A stretch of 64,000 bases of DNA from Mobula birostris (Eukaryota). This document shows, piece after piece, positions 40,575 through 52,720 of the stretch. How positions within the stretch are numbered: position 1 is the stretch's first letter; every line of letters begins with the position of its first letter. The stretch is from positions 19,383,309 to 19,447,308 of the forward strand of contig NC_092379.1 of assembly GCF_030028105.1 (NCBI RefSeq), read 5' to 3'. The notes beneath the pieces are model-generated. The model worked only from the letters and a program-made list of their open reading frames with translations. It was not told where the DNA came from and did no database searches. The position numbers and the translations under genes were made by a program.

Positions 40575-40960
40575 TTACACACAAGATTTAAAACTATCAG
40601 TCAGAATGAGTGAGACATTGACCAGGGTGGGTTTGCTGTGAGATTTATTGATGCTTCGGAACAGGTTGGTTGGGAGCGACTCATGACCCACCACACAGGA
40701 GAAAGTGGTGCCACTATTCCACTCCTCAGGAGAAACCTTCAGCTGACTGGTCATTGTGTTCCAGCCATTTCTGGGGTCCTTGGTCACTGGCTGATTCACA
40801 AACCCTGTCTTCAGAAGGGTGTCATTGACCATCCAGGCCACATAGATCTCAGTGGGAGAGAACTTGGTGACCAGGCACATCAAGGTCACAGTCTGATCGG
40901 TGACTACCTCATCCGATGAAGGGGGAAGGAGGTAGACATGAGGACGAGTCACAACACCAC
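40575..40960 (-). CDS. IgW: IgW CH6 exon with secretory tailpiece (GGVVTRPHVYLLPP...KSHSKPTLVNVSLILTDSFKSCV*)
   Basis: Acceptor tctctgttccag|GT; tailpiece has an NVS glycosylation site and a penultimate Cys; minus-strand AATAAA at 40314-40319 and 40275-40280. Confidence 0.95.
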
Positions 40961-41613
40961 CTGGAACAGAGAGAATCTCAGTTAGAATGAATCTTACAAT
41001 AATTCCCTACGTATCCAACACATTCTGGTCTTGCATCAACATGAACAATTTCTAAATCTGAGAGGTTTCACTTTATCTGAAACTAAAGGCTTTTCCCTTT
41101 CAGCTCGTCGTTGGGATTTGTGGAGTGGAAATCTTGAACCTGCTGCATTTTACAGCTTCCAGCGAGGTTAGTTTATTCAATTTAATCAACGGGAGTCACT
41201 GAACACAGCAACTCGACAGAAAGTGGAACTCAGCCCCTGGACTTGCATTATCCTGTGCTGTTTGTTCCATCTCCCCTGGAGCAGGGGTGGCAGTCTAAGC
41301 TGTGTACCTGTGAGAGGGAGTGAGAACCTGTGGAACTCTTTCCCACAGAAAGCACTTGAAGACATCATCTAATATATTCAAGAATGGGTTGAATATACTT
41401 CTTCGGGTGAATGGGTCAAAGGATACCTGGAGAAAACAGGGAAAGGGATTGAATTTGGATGATCAGCTGAGACCAGATTGAATGGTTGAGCAGATTGAGA
41501 GACCCAGTTACCTGCTCCTGTTCTCATTTTCTATAGTCTATCACAGTGCTGGATGTTGATAAATCTGTCCAGTTGCTAAGATCAGACTCACACTGAATTC
41601 TGTCTGCACGTAC

Positions 41614-41934
41614 CTGAGTTCTTCCTGATGGATTTCTTCACTGGTGTTGGCAAACTCTTGTCCTCTATCACACATGAGTACTCAGCCCCACTGTTCCACT
41701 CTGCAGCAGGGACTGTCAGTCTGCTGGTGATCATGTCTTCACCTCCGTTGCTGTCTGGACCCAGAATCCTCACCCCATCTTCCCTCTTCCTTCCGTCCAC
41801 CTGCCAGATTACACTGAATCCCTGTAAATCACTGTGAACCACCTCACACAGAATAGTCGCTGTCCTCTTTGTCCAGACCTCTTCGAAGGAAGGTTTGCTT
41901 AAAGTGACAGAGGGGCGGGTGTCTGGACAGTCAT
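41614..41934 (-). CDS. IgW: IgW CH5 exon (DDCPDTRPSVTLSKPSFEEVW...ILCEVV...EYSCVIEDKSLPTPVKKSIRKNS)
   Basis: 321 nt, acceptor ttctcccag|AT, donor G|GTACGT, open frame. Confidence 0.94.
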
Positions 41935-43283
41935 CTGGGAGAAATGTCACAATTATTATTTTACCATTCCCCAATGGACGAATTTCTCACTGACAAGACC
42001 AGCATTTCTGTTCATCTCTGGTCAACGATTTGCCAGTCCCATCAAGACGAGATGAGACCAATCTACATTGGTGAAGAAAGGAATCTCCCCTTTTGAGCAG
42101 ACAGGGTAAACACCATGAGGGAACGTAAATGAACAAGATTGGCCCTTACATTGTTTTTGCAGTTTCATAGTCACTTAAACTGTTCCCAGATACTTATTAA
42201 AACAAATACAGAAAATCCCCAGTATTTCAGAGTGTGTCGGTGGCACAGGAAACAGAGCAAAGTTTCACATGAAAATCTTCCAGAAAATACACTTCATATT
42301 TCAAAATTTATGAGAAATATTTAGTTTCTGTCACAAATATTAAAATACACTCTTTTTCTCTATAAGGTGTAACGAAAATTTGCTGCTGCTTTGTCAGAAC
42401 GTTGTGTGTTCAAGCTGCCCTCCAGAGGCTTCTACACATTGTCCAGGCTGACTATTCCCACACAGGAGCAGAGGGAGAGCTGCTCTGCTGGAAATTCAGT
42501 CACAACTGAGACACTGATTGGAGGCATGGGATAATGTTCAAAGGCAGATGGAGAGAACATTTTGAAGCCGCGTATCAGCGATTTCCAGAGTGCCTGTCCA
42601 GTGAAATGGTCGGGATTCTCCTCCAGTTATGAAAGTATTTTCTGGGATACTCTTATTTCTGTGGTGGAAGTGTGGATTATGTTGGTTGAGAGTGGAAAAC
42701 AAACCCATGATTGGCCGTTTTAAGTGCTAAGAGTGATTAAAAAGATGAAGGCATTGAGGCTGAGTCAATGGACAAACCGGTATTCGGCTCACTTCTCGAC
42801 GAGGCTTCACTCGCCTCAGCACTGACCTGACTCTGCAGCTGCGGCCTGCAGCCATCGGCACTCACCTCAGCACTGAGCCTGGCTCCACGGCCGTGGCCTG
42901 CAGCCATCGGTCTCCTGGACCGGCTGCAGTGCTGAACTGGCAACGTGGCTGTGGATTTACTTCAGGGGGCTCTGCGGTTCAGGTTCTGTAGATTGTTTGT
43001 TTGGATTTTTTTTATTGTTTGCACAATTTGTTCTTTCTCTTTCACGCATTGGATGTTTGACCCTGAATTCTATTGTATTTCTTTGTTTTGTGACTGTCTG
43101 CAAGAAGAGAATCTCAAAGTTGTATATGGTGCACATACTTTGATAATAAATGTGCTTTGTACTTTCAACTTTATCAGTTCACTCACAAAACTAAACCAGG
43201 ACTGCACCGTGATTCAGTGCTGACCTTGAATTCATTGCACAATGTAAACAATTTCAATAATGGGTTGAGTCCCAGGACCCTAC

Positions 43284-43601
43284 CTTGGACGTTCTTCACT
43301 TGCTTCTTGATACTGCTGTTGGAGGGAGGATGAGTCACTGTACAGCTGAAGACTGATTCTGTCTTCCACTCCTGTAAACTCACGGTCAGGAAGCGTCCGG
43401 CACTGAAAGTCCACCCCTGCTCCAGAGCGGTCGGTGTCGCGCTGGTGTTGGAGGTGATCACGGTGCTGCCTTTCTCCCAGGTGACATTTATTTGATCCGG
43501 GTAGAATCCAGAGACCACACACTCCAGTGTGGCTGTTTTCCAATTCTTTATCTCTTCCTGAGCTGGAGGCAGCAGTCTGACCTTGGGACTTCTTATCTCA
43601 A
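43284..43601 (-). CDS. IgW: IgW CH4 exon (VEIRSPKVRLLPPAQEE...TATLECVVSGFYP...FSCTVTHPPS...KNVQ)
   Basis: 318 nt, acceptor tattccag|TT, donor G|GTAGGG, open frame. Confidence 0.94.
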
Positions 43602-43689
43602 CTGGAATAGAAAAGAAAACAAAGGAAATGTCAAACATTTTGACTCAGGTAACTAATGCTGGCCATTTAATCACTGGTCTCTTGCCCAC

Positions 43690-43992
43690 CTTTGGTGCTA
43701 TTGGTCCGTGCTGACACTGGGGAAGCTGAAGGAGATTCCTGAGCAGAGCACTCATACTCCACCCCACTGAACCACTCCTCCACACTGATCTGGAGTTCGC
43801 TGAGCACTCTGTATCGGGACCCGTCCCTCTCCGCTTGATGGGTGTGAATTCCTTTAGTTTTCTCCTTCCCGCCCACGTGCCAAGAGACGTGGATGTCTTC
43901 GGGATCTGTACAGATAACTGTGCACCTCACGGAAGCAGACTTGTCGATCCACATCTCTTCAATGTCGGGATTTTGAATAAATACAGACAATT
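43690..43992 (-). CDS. IgW: IgW CH3 exon (ELSVFIQNPDIEEMWIDKSASVRC...EEWFSGVEYECSA...STK)
   Basis: 303 nt, AG/GT sites, phase 1-1, homologous to IgNAR C2-type domains. Confidence 0.93.
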
Positions 43993-46720
43993 CTGTGGGT
44001 TAGAAATGGAAATGCTCAGAATCTTACTGGAGATATTTCCATTGGTTGTGTTAGGTCCAGGGCTAAATCATGTGTCTCATAATCCTGTTAGCTTTGATTA
44101 AGAAGAGAAAATCAGAACAAAAGATGTGCTAACTAAATTTCGAATCCCTTTCTAATAACTGTACCAATCGGTTCACTGTGAGACGGAGCTCTGTGAGACA
44201 GAGAAGCATGCAGATTTCTCAGCAGAGACACAGCTCAGTATATTCTTTGCTTGGAGACTCAGTGCCATTGATTAGTAACAATGAACACTGTGAATCAATG
44301 AGAATTCCTTTCTCCATCTGAGCTGAGCCTGGGATTCACTCAGTTTAATAACTTCACATCCCGACATTCCAGTCTCACTGTGGCTGTGCCTCTCCTCATC
44401 TCTGCAACCTTCACCACCCACACAAGCTTCAGACAACATCGTATTCTTTCAACTCTGCTCACTCATACACCTGCACTACTTCTGCTGGTGCCTGTGGTTT
44501 TAGCATTCTTGCTGACAAACACTGAAGTCTCTGTCTCACTTGAAATGAGCAGCTGTGGTCGGAGTGTATCCATAAATTAGGGACTGATGAACTGGCAACA
44601 GGGGTTCAAATCCCAACCCGGTGGATGGAAGTTTATATTCATTTCATCAATGCTTCTTGGAATAAAAGAAGACTACAGAGGTATTTGTAGTGTTATTCTC
44701 TGTGGTAACTTCCGGAGAGAAGCCTCATCTGGTCTGGCTGGTTTGTGATTCCAGCAACACGGCTGGAGCTGAATCACCATCAGGAAGGAGGCAGCAAGTC
44801 CCTCAGTTCCAGAGAGATCAGTGATCGATGGGAAATGATAAATGAATAAAACAGCTCTTTGATCAAGTGTTGGGTCACCTGTACTCTGGTTAGAGTCAGT
44901 TTTGTGTGATTGCACTCAAGTGAAGTTGTTGAGGTCGTCTCCCAATGCACGATCGTCAGTTCACTTACATTGCAGCTCTCTGCACTTTGTGTTCACCATT
45001 TACACACTCGGTCACCTTCAGGCCCGTGGGGTGTTTTTGCTCTTTGACATTTAGTGTGGAGGCGGATTGTGTTTGTGTCATGGCTGAGACCTTCAATGAG
45101 ACTATGAGTCACTGTCTTTGTCTGAAGAAAGAGCAGACGCAACACACACGGTTCCAGTCTGACTGGGTCGGATCATCCGACAAGGTATGATGTGTATTTC
45201 TTAACCTTTCTCATTTCAGTAAGATTATGAGCAATTTTCTTTTAAAACAGAAAGTCCGTTGGTGTGGTCCAGATGATCATTGTTGTCATGTAATATCATA
45301 AATATGCAAACCTAGGTGTACACTGAAGAGTCACTGAATTGTGAATCGCAGTTTAATCAGCACTGTGATGTTGTTAAACATGTTTTTTGCAGGTTTCTCA
45401 GTTATGTCCCATATCAGCACTGTCTTGATGTTCAGCAGTCACTTGGAAATGTTCCCTTTATTGCTGAATGCTGGTGTTATTCCACAAGAAGTATAGAATT
45501 CTGTCAATGCTTGAGTAATTCTAACAAAACATTCTCCTTTCTGATATTCCTTGGGATCACTGAGTTGCCCTCTTGGACTGAATTCAGTGTCCGGCACGTG
45601 GACCAATGTAACTTTAGCAATTTGTCTGATCCAGGATTTAAACACAAAGCATAACAGATTGGACAGGAGACTGGTTAGACCCCTGTGTCTTGTCTCACCG
45701 ATTTGTCTTGTGCCCAACATTATCAAAGGGTCATCCGTCCTTTGACAGAGTCAATTTAGAATTTCAGCCCCGTTCACCTTCATCACCTCATGCCTCACAG
45801 CCATTGGGTGAAAAACAGGTTCCAGTTCTTGCTGACTGGAGTTAGACAACAGGGAATCTGGCCAAAGAAACTGGAATTGGGATCTGAGTCACACTGAAGC
45901 AACAATGTACACAAATGAATGAGTGTATGGACAACCAGAAACACAGGAGATTCTACAGATGCTGGAAATCTTGAACAACACACACAAAGTGCTGGAGGAA
46001 CTCGGCAAGTCAGGCAGCATCTATGGATGGAAATAAACAGTCGATATTTTGGGCTGAGAGATTTCACTGGTACAGGAAAGGAAGTGGGCAGAAGCCAGAA
46101 TAAGAAGGTGGGAGGAGTAGAGAGGAATACATTCTGTCAGATGAGAGGTGAGACCAGGTGAGGGGGAAAGTGTGTGGATGGGGGAGGCAGTATGAAGTAA
46201 GAAGCTGGTAGGGCATAAGTGGAAGAGATAAATGGCTGAAACAGAAGGAATCTGAGAGGACAGTGGACCATGGAGGGAAGTGCAGGAGAAGGGGAACCAA
46301 ATGGAAATGATGGGAAGGTGAGGAGAAACGAAGGGATGAGGGTGTATCTAGTATGAGGAATAGAATAAAAGGGAGAATAAAGGAGTGGGGGATCATTACT
46401 GGAAGTTAAAAAATAAGTATTCATGGAATCAGTTTGGCAGGTACCTGGATGGAATATGAGGTGTTGCTACTCCAACCTGACTTTGGCCTCACCATGGCAG
46501 TAGAGGAGCCCATGGACAGACATGACAGAATGGGAATGGAAAGTCAAATTGAAATAGGTGGCCACGAGGATAATAGAAATGTGATTGGAGAGGTAGTCAG
46601 TTTCAATCGTGTTTTATTCTCTCTCTGTTAAACTTCAATCCCAATGGATACCAGAGGCAGGTCTAGAATCCAGTAAGTGGATAGCAATAAAATTCATTGA
46701 TGAATTGTATACACAGCCAA

Positions 46721-46851
46721 TCACTTTATTTCACACTTTCCTGCTGAACAATGATACTGTTGGGTAGAACCATCGGAGAATGTTGCATTGAGATTACTCT
46801 GGTAAAAGAACTTTGGCACAGGCTCCGAAAAACAGCTGGGACATTTTCCAC
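46721..46851 (-). CDS. IgW: IgW short-form Cys-rich secretory exon (GGKCPSCFSEPVPKFFYQSNLNATFSDGSTQQYHCSAGKCEIK*)
   Basis: Acceptor catttccag|GT, in frame with CH2; four Cys; resembles the recalled IgW-short/skate IgX tail. Confidence 0.92.
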
Positions 46852-47535
46852 CTGGAAATGGAAGATTCATAGATTTAAGTGTTAGATATTTTTTACCTTT
46901 TTTCCCATGCTTGGAAAAAAGGGAGCCCCACATATTCCCACTCTGTATCCTTTGTATGTCACATCCTATCAGGATGAGGTTTTGTCAGCCATGATAAATG
47001 AATGTGCTCTCTGAACCTGGTCAAGGATCTGAGGACACAAGGTCACAACATTCACTTGAGGATTGGGCATCAATTCAAAATTAATCCCGCCACCTACATT
47101 TCAGTGAGTGGACAATCGACAGAAGAGTCTCTCAGGAAACACTGGAAATAGACTCTGGAGACTGAAACAAATGCAAAATTGCAGAGATATTTTTTTGAGG
47201 AACTAACACTGAGAAGACAGTGAAAAGGGAACAGGGAGATTTTCTCTAGAAGGTAAAACATGGGACGTGAGCTTTGCTCACTAAATTATTTTCATTATAA
47301 CTACAAACATAGACAACTAAAATTATTGAGACGGAATGGACAGGTGACCTGATCTTACACCTTTCCTGCCCAGTAGATGGGGTTAAAGCTGCTGGTGATA
47401 TGAGTTGATTCAAAGTGCAAGACTCATCTGTACATCACTCAACAAGATCGACAGTAGGGACAGGAATTGGGTGGGAGTATCAGTTAAGTAGTTTAGTATT
47501 GTAAGATAATTAATTTTTCTTCAGACATCACTCAC

Positions 47536-47847
47536 CCTCTTGATACGTCATGTTGACCTGACCACTGAAACTGGAAGGTGCGTGATTCACTTCACAAATA
47601 TATTTCTGTTTCTTGGTCCATTCCTGCACAGGCACTGTCAGGTAAGCGATTGTTTCAAATCCACCATCAGATCTCGGAGTGGAAGGGAGAATGATGCCTT
47701 TTTGGGCAGATCCAGCTTTTTTCCAGGATACTTTAACGTTGTCAGGAGCGAATCCAGATATCACACAGCCCAGGACAGCATTTGCTTGACTGTGGATTGC
47801 CTCCCGGGATGGAACAAGGGAGCTGAGCTTCGGAGCTTTAGGAAGAT
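47536..47847 (-). CDS. IgW: IgW CH2 exon (DLPKAPKLSSLVPSREAIHSQANAVLGCVISGFAPDNVKVSW...YICEVNHAPSSFSGQVNMTYQE)
   Basis: 312 nt, cag| acceptor, G|GTGAGT donor, C1-set Cys/Trp/Cys pattern, no stops. Confidence 0.95.
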
Positions 47848-48728
47848 CTGTAACACATTTAATATCTGTCAGTACATGATTGCTTTGCCCATGTTTTTGA
47901 CTTCATTCTCCCTCATCCCAGGCAAGTTCCCCAATTCCAGCCCTCTCAAGAATGTTGTTAATTTACAGCTGATCTGATGATCTGATGGCTCACACCAGTG
48001 AGTGGGAGGGCTGGGTGTATAACTTGGGCCTCCCAGCAGTGTGTCCCACTGTGCTATGATATTGCAGAGAGGTGGGTCATGGGGCTGAGGTGCAGACCTG
48101 CCATATCTAATTGTTTAATGGAGAATGACTGATACCAGCTCCTGTGAGCAGCAGTACATGGTGTGGTACAGTTTCCACTGGCAAGTTTGGGAAACACAAT
48201 TTTACTTTCAATGAGAAAGAAGAACAGATGGACAGGAGGAAATTATTTTTTTTTGTAACTGCAAAGGCTTGTTCAGATCTGTGAGAAACTGGTTAAAGAA
48301 GGGCAGTGGAGTGGATTCCTCCATCACATTCACAAGGGATTGCTTTTACCAGAAGAAGGGCAGCTGCAGGGTGGAGGGGGAAAGTGCGGAGGAGTGGGGT
48401 AAAGTTTAAATTGTTGTTCTGTGTGCAGGGGCACGATGGGCCAGCGGTCTCTGTATGTGTACAGGAGCTGATCTGTAGGGAGGGTTTAGTGGGAGGGGGT
48501 GGTGGAGAGGCTCCTGAAATTAGACAATGGAGCGGATACAATGGAGGCAGATCCTGATACTGAGTTTCACTGCCCATATTGACTGTTATACATTTTCTCA
48601 CTGCTGTTGTAAGAGCAGAAGAAAGGAGTTAGTTGCCATGCTCCTGCATTATCTGACAAAGCTTCCTACTCCAGATTTATGCTCTGACATCAGTGCAGCT
48701 TTCGATATAAATTATTTCTGATACTAAC

Positions 48729-49310
48729 GTTGAGGTTGAGGTTTCTGCCACTGCGATGTCACACTCCCTGCCTTGCAGGAGTAGACTTTATTCTTCTTCT
48801 AGTCCGCCGCAGAGACTTCAAGCAAGCTGCTCATTATGTACTTAGAATTTTGCCCCAACACCGCCGGGTATTTCTTATTTTTTTTTTAGCATGTCATACC
48901 AGACGTTCAGCCATTCTTGTCTGGCACGTGGTGTCAGGATTAACCGGGTCATGTTATGAACGTTCCTGACTTGACCCTTATATATTTCTTACGAGGCCAA
49001 GTGGCTATCTCGACACTCAACCGGGCACGGATGGACAGTGTGCTCGGGAGTGGGGAAAGCGTGCTAGGGAGTGGCCTAACCAGGATTTGAACTCGGGAAC
49101 ATTCGCTCCAGAATCTGGTGCTGATCTCACTGCGCCACCAGCCGGCCTGGAATTTCTTAATTCCAGTGGTGATGTCCCCACTGTTAGTGGACCATGTCTG
49201 ACTGATGCTCTCAGGCTGATAGTCCTTGACCAGACAGAGGAGGCTGATGCCTTGGTCAGATTCTGTGTTGCAGGAAGGAGTGATGTAGACTGATGGTGCG
49301 GACTTGACCT
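48729..49310 (-). pseudogene. IgW: IgW CH1 exon, disrupted by a SINE insertion and a TAG nonsense codon
   Basis: Acceptor tccatttcag|AG and donor C|GTTAGT. Removing the insert restores a 300-nt phase-1 exon: EVKSAPSVYITPSCNTESDQGISLLCLVKDYQPESISQTWSTNSGDITTGIKK/YPAVLGQNSKYIMSSLLEVSAAD*KKNKVYSCKAG. The stop at 48799-48801 replaces a conserved Trp. Confidence 0.93.
48878..49151 (-). mobile_element. tRNA-derived SINE inserted in CH1
   Basis: A-box-like TGGCGCAGTGAG, B-box-like GAGTTCAAATCC, terminal poly-A (48878-48887), flanked by an 8-bp direct repeat TAAGAAAT (48870-48877 and 49152-49159). Confidence 0.9.
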
Positions 49311-52300
49311 CTGAAATGGAAAGAAATTCACAGGCGGTTCTCTGAATAAATGCATTACTGGCAGAGAAAGGAGACGTTTTATAAAGCAGTAATTTTCAAA
49401 ATTATTCACCTCATGAAACAAAGCTGATATCACTTTAACACTCAGCTGTGAGTCTGTGTTGCTGAGGTAGGAGGGTGTGGATCAATCCCACAGTGGCAAC
49501 TTGGACTCACAATCCAGGCCAACACTTCAGTGCAGGACTGAGGCAGTGACCCAATGTCCGATTGGTGGAATTTCAGCCAAAATACCAAAGTGACAATCTG
49601 TCTCTCCTCCAAATACAATTCCTGATTCTGAGAAGTCTGTTAGCACTTGATCAATGAAGTTTACAAAAAAAGTAAGATTTAGAAGTATCTTATGGAATAA
49701 TTCTGATGTGTTCAGTGTTGCTGTTGATGAGAGGAGTGATTGGTGTGGATATAGTGGTACCCAGTCTCCAGCACCATGTGTGCAGTATAGTGGAGGTTGG
49801 GAAATGGACTCTGCTTCTGAAATTCAACTCAACAGACTACATGATGCAGCTGACACTGCCTCACATATTTACCGTGTGTGACTGAGCAAGAATTCCAACC
49901 CCACTGAGTCTGTGGAAACTACTGGCTAACTGGGAGGGAATGGTAACTTGCATCAGAAAGGACAGAGGAACTGTGGAAATACATTAGCCCAGACTCTGTG
50001 GAGAAGTGTCGGCCAACACAACCGACAGTGACGATGAGATTCCTGGGGAGATGGAGAATTCTCAAAGTGTTGTTAGATGTAGGTGATATTCTCACTGAAC
50101 GACCAGCCCAGAGAGGAAATGCAGGTTGTAGCAATTCCCAACCACTTAAGGTGTGAAATACACTTGAAAGCACTGTTTCTTAATTCATTTCACAGGAAAA
50201 GGAGACGTGTTGACTTACTAAGGTAGGTAAAGGTGCGAAGATCAATTAGCTAATTGACCAATTGACAGCTTTGACAGGTGGATATGTGGTTTGACCAGTT
50301 GTCAGAATTACCTTGAACAGTGTTGTGGACGGGGTTTGTTCTGACCCACTGACGTGACATCATTCACCTCATGATTGACACTGTCAATGACAGATTGTTG
50401 CTGGTGGATGAGGTTAAAATCACCCAAAAAGACTGTGTGGACACAGCAGGAGCTCTGGGAGTAGGAGACTAGCGGGAGGGTATGTGTTAGACAGTGTGAA
50501 TTGCAGTAGATGAGGGCTTTGTTGCCCAACAGTAAGATGGTCAACAGACACACACAGGCTTCAGATTGATTCTGCTATTGGAAGGGCAGCAAATTCAACA
50601 TTTGGAGTGGAAGTGCAGTGGTGGGAAGGTCACAATTTCATTCAGGGGCAAAATAATGAAATATTCACTTCACAGTCATCACTCTGGGACAAAAGGCATA
50701 AAATATTGAAACCTGGGTTTCAAATAGAATGAATATAAATCAATAACTATCTCAAGTAGATAGGAATCGATATAATGTAACTGGTCAGTAATGACAGCTG
50801 CATTGTTTTGAACCATTTCAAGGTGACACTGGGGACTGTGAACTCAGAATATTTGCCTTCCTGAGTAAACACAGGTGATTCAGGTTGACAGGACAGGCAG
50901 AGCAGAGAAATGGTCCCTTTCTCATTCCTTTCAGACTGGGCCTGAAACAACCAGTGAAATGCTGACGTCAGACTCCCCATCGGGGACACAACTTCTGTCA
51001 AACAGTGGGACAAGCTGACCTGTGCTGTGATTGAAGTGTCACAGGAGAGAAAGCACAGGGCACGGTGCCAGCCGGACCATGTCCACACAGACCGGGCTGA
51101 ATGGTGCTGGTTCAAACCTACTGGGACTCTCCCCACACTCCTAACACTGGGAAAGGTGGGACCTCACTGGGTTTCTGGATGCTGGCGGCTTGTGTTGAGG
51201 TGTATCAGGGCCTCAGCATTAAATAGCCTCAGACAACACCCTGCTGGGACTCTGGGTCCAGAACACCCTGATAGGAGGGCTTTGTCTTGTGTTAATGCTG
51301 TCATGTAATTTAACAGGTTCAAAATGACTTGGAAACATTAAAGTTAATGTAAATTCCTGTGGCAACAATTAACTTTGCATATTTTGTTTAAAATAATAAA
51401 TCTGAAATGCATTAAAACATAATAATCAGACAGAAATCATTCCTGGATAAATCCCTTCCCAAGGCCCAGAATCCCCAGTCAGATGAATGGAAAATGTGAT
51501 CCTTTGTCAGGTCCGGCCTGTGAGGGAAACGTGGAGGTGGATTTCCCAGTGTTACCCTGGGAATTCCAGCAGGACCTGGTGCCATGTGGTAGTGTGTGGT
51601 CACTGCTCTGGAGGCATATGTCACTCAGTAAATCCTGGGTTACAGTGGTCTGTGGAACTGTGAGATTGACTCCAGTGTAAGTGACTGAACACTAGTTGTC
51701 TCCTTCAGACTGCCAGCCACAACCAGCACCATTTCACCCACACTATCCTCAGCTTCCCAGGTAGACAGTACCTCAGGAAAGGGCTGGTCAGCTGTAGTCT
51801 GAGGAGCCTTACTGCTCTTTATCAGTGTCAACCCCTGACAGCAGGGGAATTGCTGGACCAAAGACTAGGGACCATATGGATGGCCTATAACTAACTAGTG
51901 TTTGTCTATTCATCTACTGCATAGTCAGAATTCAGCTGAGGACTTCTCAGTGGTGGGGAGCTTTAGGAATTGTAGGCTGAAAGTGACCATTCCCTTCCAA
52001 CATCACCCAAACGGACGAGATTGTCATGTCGTAGTTCAGTTTGTGGGAACAAGATGCAGACAAGTTGGAGGTTTAGTCCCCCACATGAAGTGACACACTG
52101 CAGAAGTACTTGCTGGGTTGGAAAAGGCTCTGGGATGTTCTGGGGTTGTAGAAGTCAATGAAAAACAGATTGTTTTCTTGAAAATAAATTCTGTAAAATA
52201 ACACTGGAAACAGCGTAGTTGCCAGAAATCAGACTGACGGAGTCTGGTGAAAGGTCACTGATGTGAAACATTCACTCTGCTTCTCACCCACAGATGGTCC

Positions 52301-52462
52301 CTGAGCTGCTCAGTGTCGGCAGTGCAGGAGGCACAATAATGTCAGTCGGTGAGATTTGCAGCTGAGGATCTTTTACATCCCGGGACCAGCAGGTGGTAAG
52401 TACAGTTCTGTCTGGATCAGTGTTCCTCTGGGTCTTTGTAAAAACACCCAACGAACTGACTG

Positions 52463-52720
52463 CAGGGTGCTGGGGTGAAGAGAGGAACTGGATCTGGGTG
52501 GGTCACAGGGTGCGGGGGTGAAGAGGGGAACTGGATCTGAGTGGGTCACAGGGTGCTGGGGTGAAGAGGGGAACTGGATCTGGGTGTGTCACAGGGTGCT
52601 GGGGTGAAGAGGGGAACTGGATCTGGGTGGATCACAGGGTACTGGGGTGAAGAGGGGAACTGGATCTGGATGGGTCACAGGGTGCTGGGGTGAAGAGGAG
52701 AACTGGATCTGGGTGGATCA
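52463..52720. repeat. Minisatellite, 6 x 43 bp (cagggtgctggggtgaagaggggaactggatctgggtgggtca)
   Basis: Units start at 52463, 52506, 52549, 52592, 52635 and 52678, with few substitutions. Confidence 0.95.

Noticed and set aside
44969-45121. 153-nt segment with strong acceptor and GTAAGT donor between the short secretory exon and CH3
   Set aside because: All three phases contain stops; the phase-1 frame needed for C exons stops after 6 codons.
49070-49150. tRNA gene
   Set aside because: It is the head of a SINE, followed by SINE body, poly-A and TSD.
50671-50697. CACAGTC-11-ACAAAAGGC as an RSS
   Set aside because: The spacer is 11 nt and the adjacent sequence is neither D- nor J-like.
50747-51136. 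129-aa ORF with ISLLCL...VTLKW as another C domain
   Set aside because: Cys-Trp spacing is about twice that of C1-set domains, there is no second Cys motif, and the true CH1 was found at 48729-49310.
51975-52005. J-like TGG AAG GGA ATG GTC ACT TTC AG
   Set aside because: No WGxG motif, no RSS and no splice donor at the expected place.
52463-52720. CRISPR array
   Set aside because: Head-to-tail tandem repeat with no unique spacers, in a vertebrate genome.
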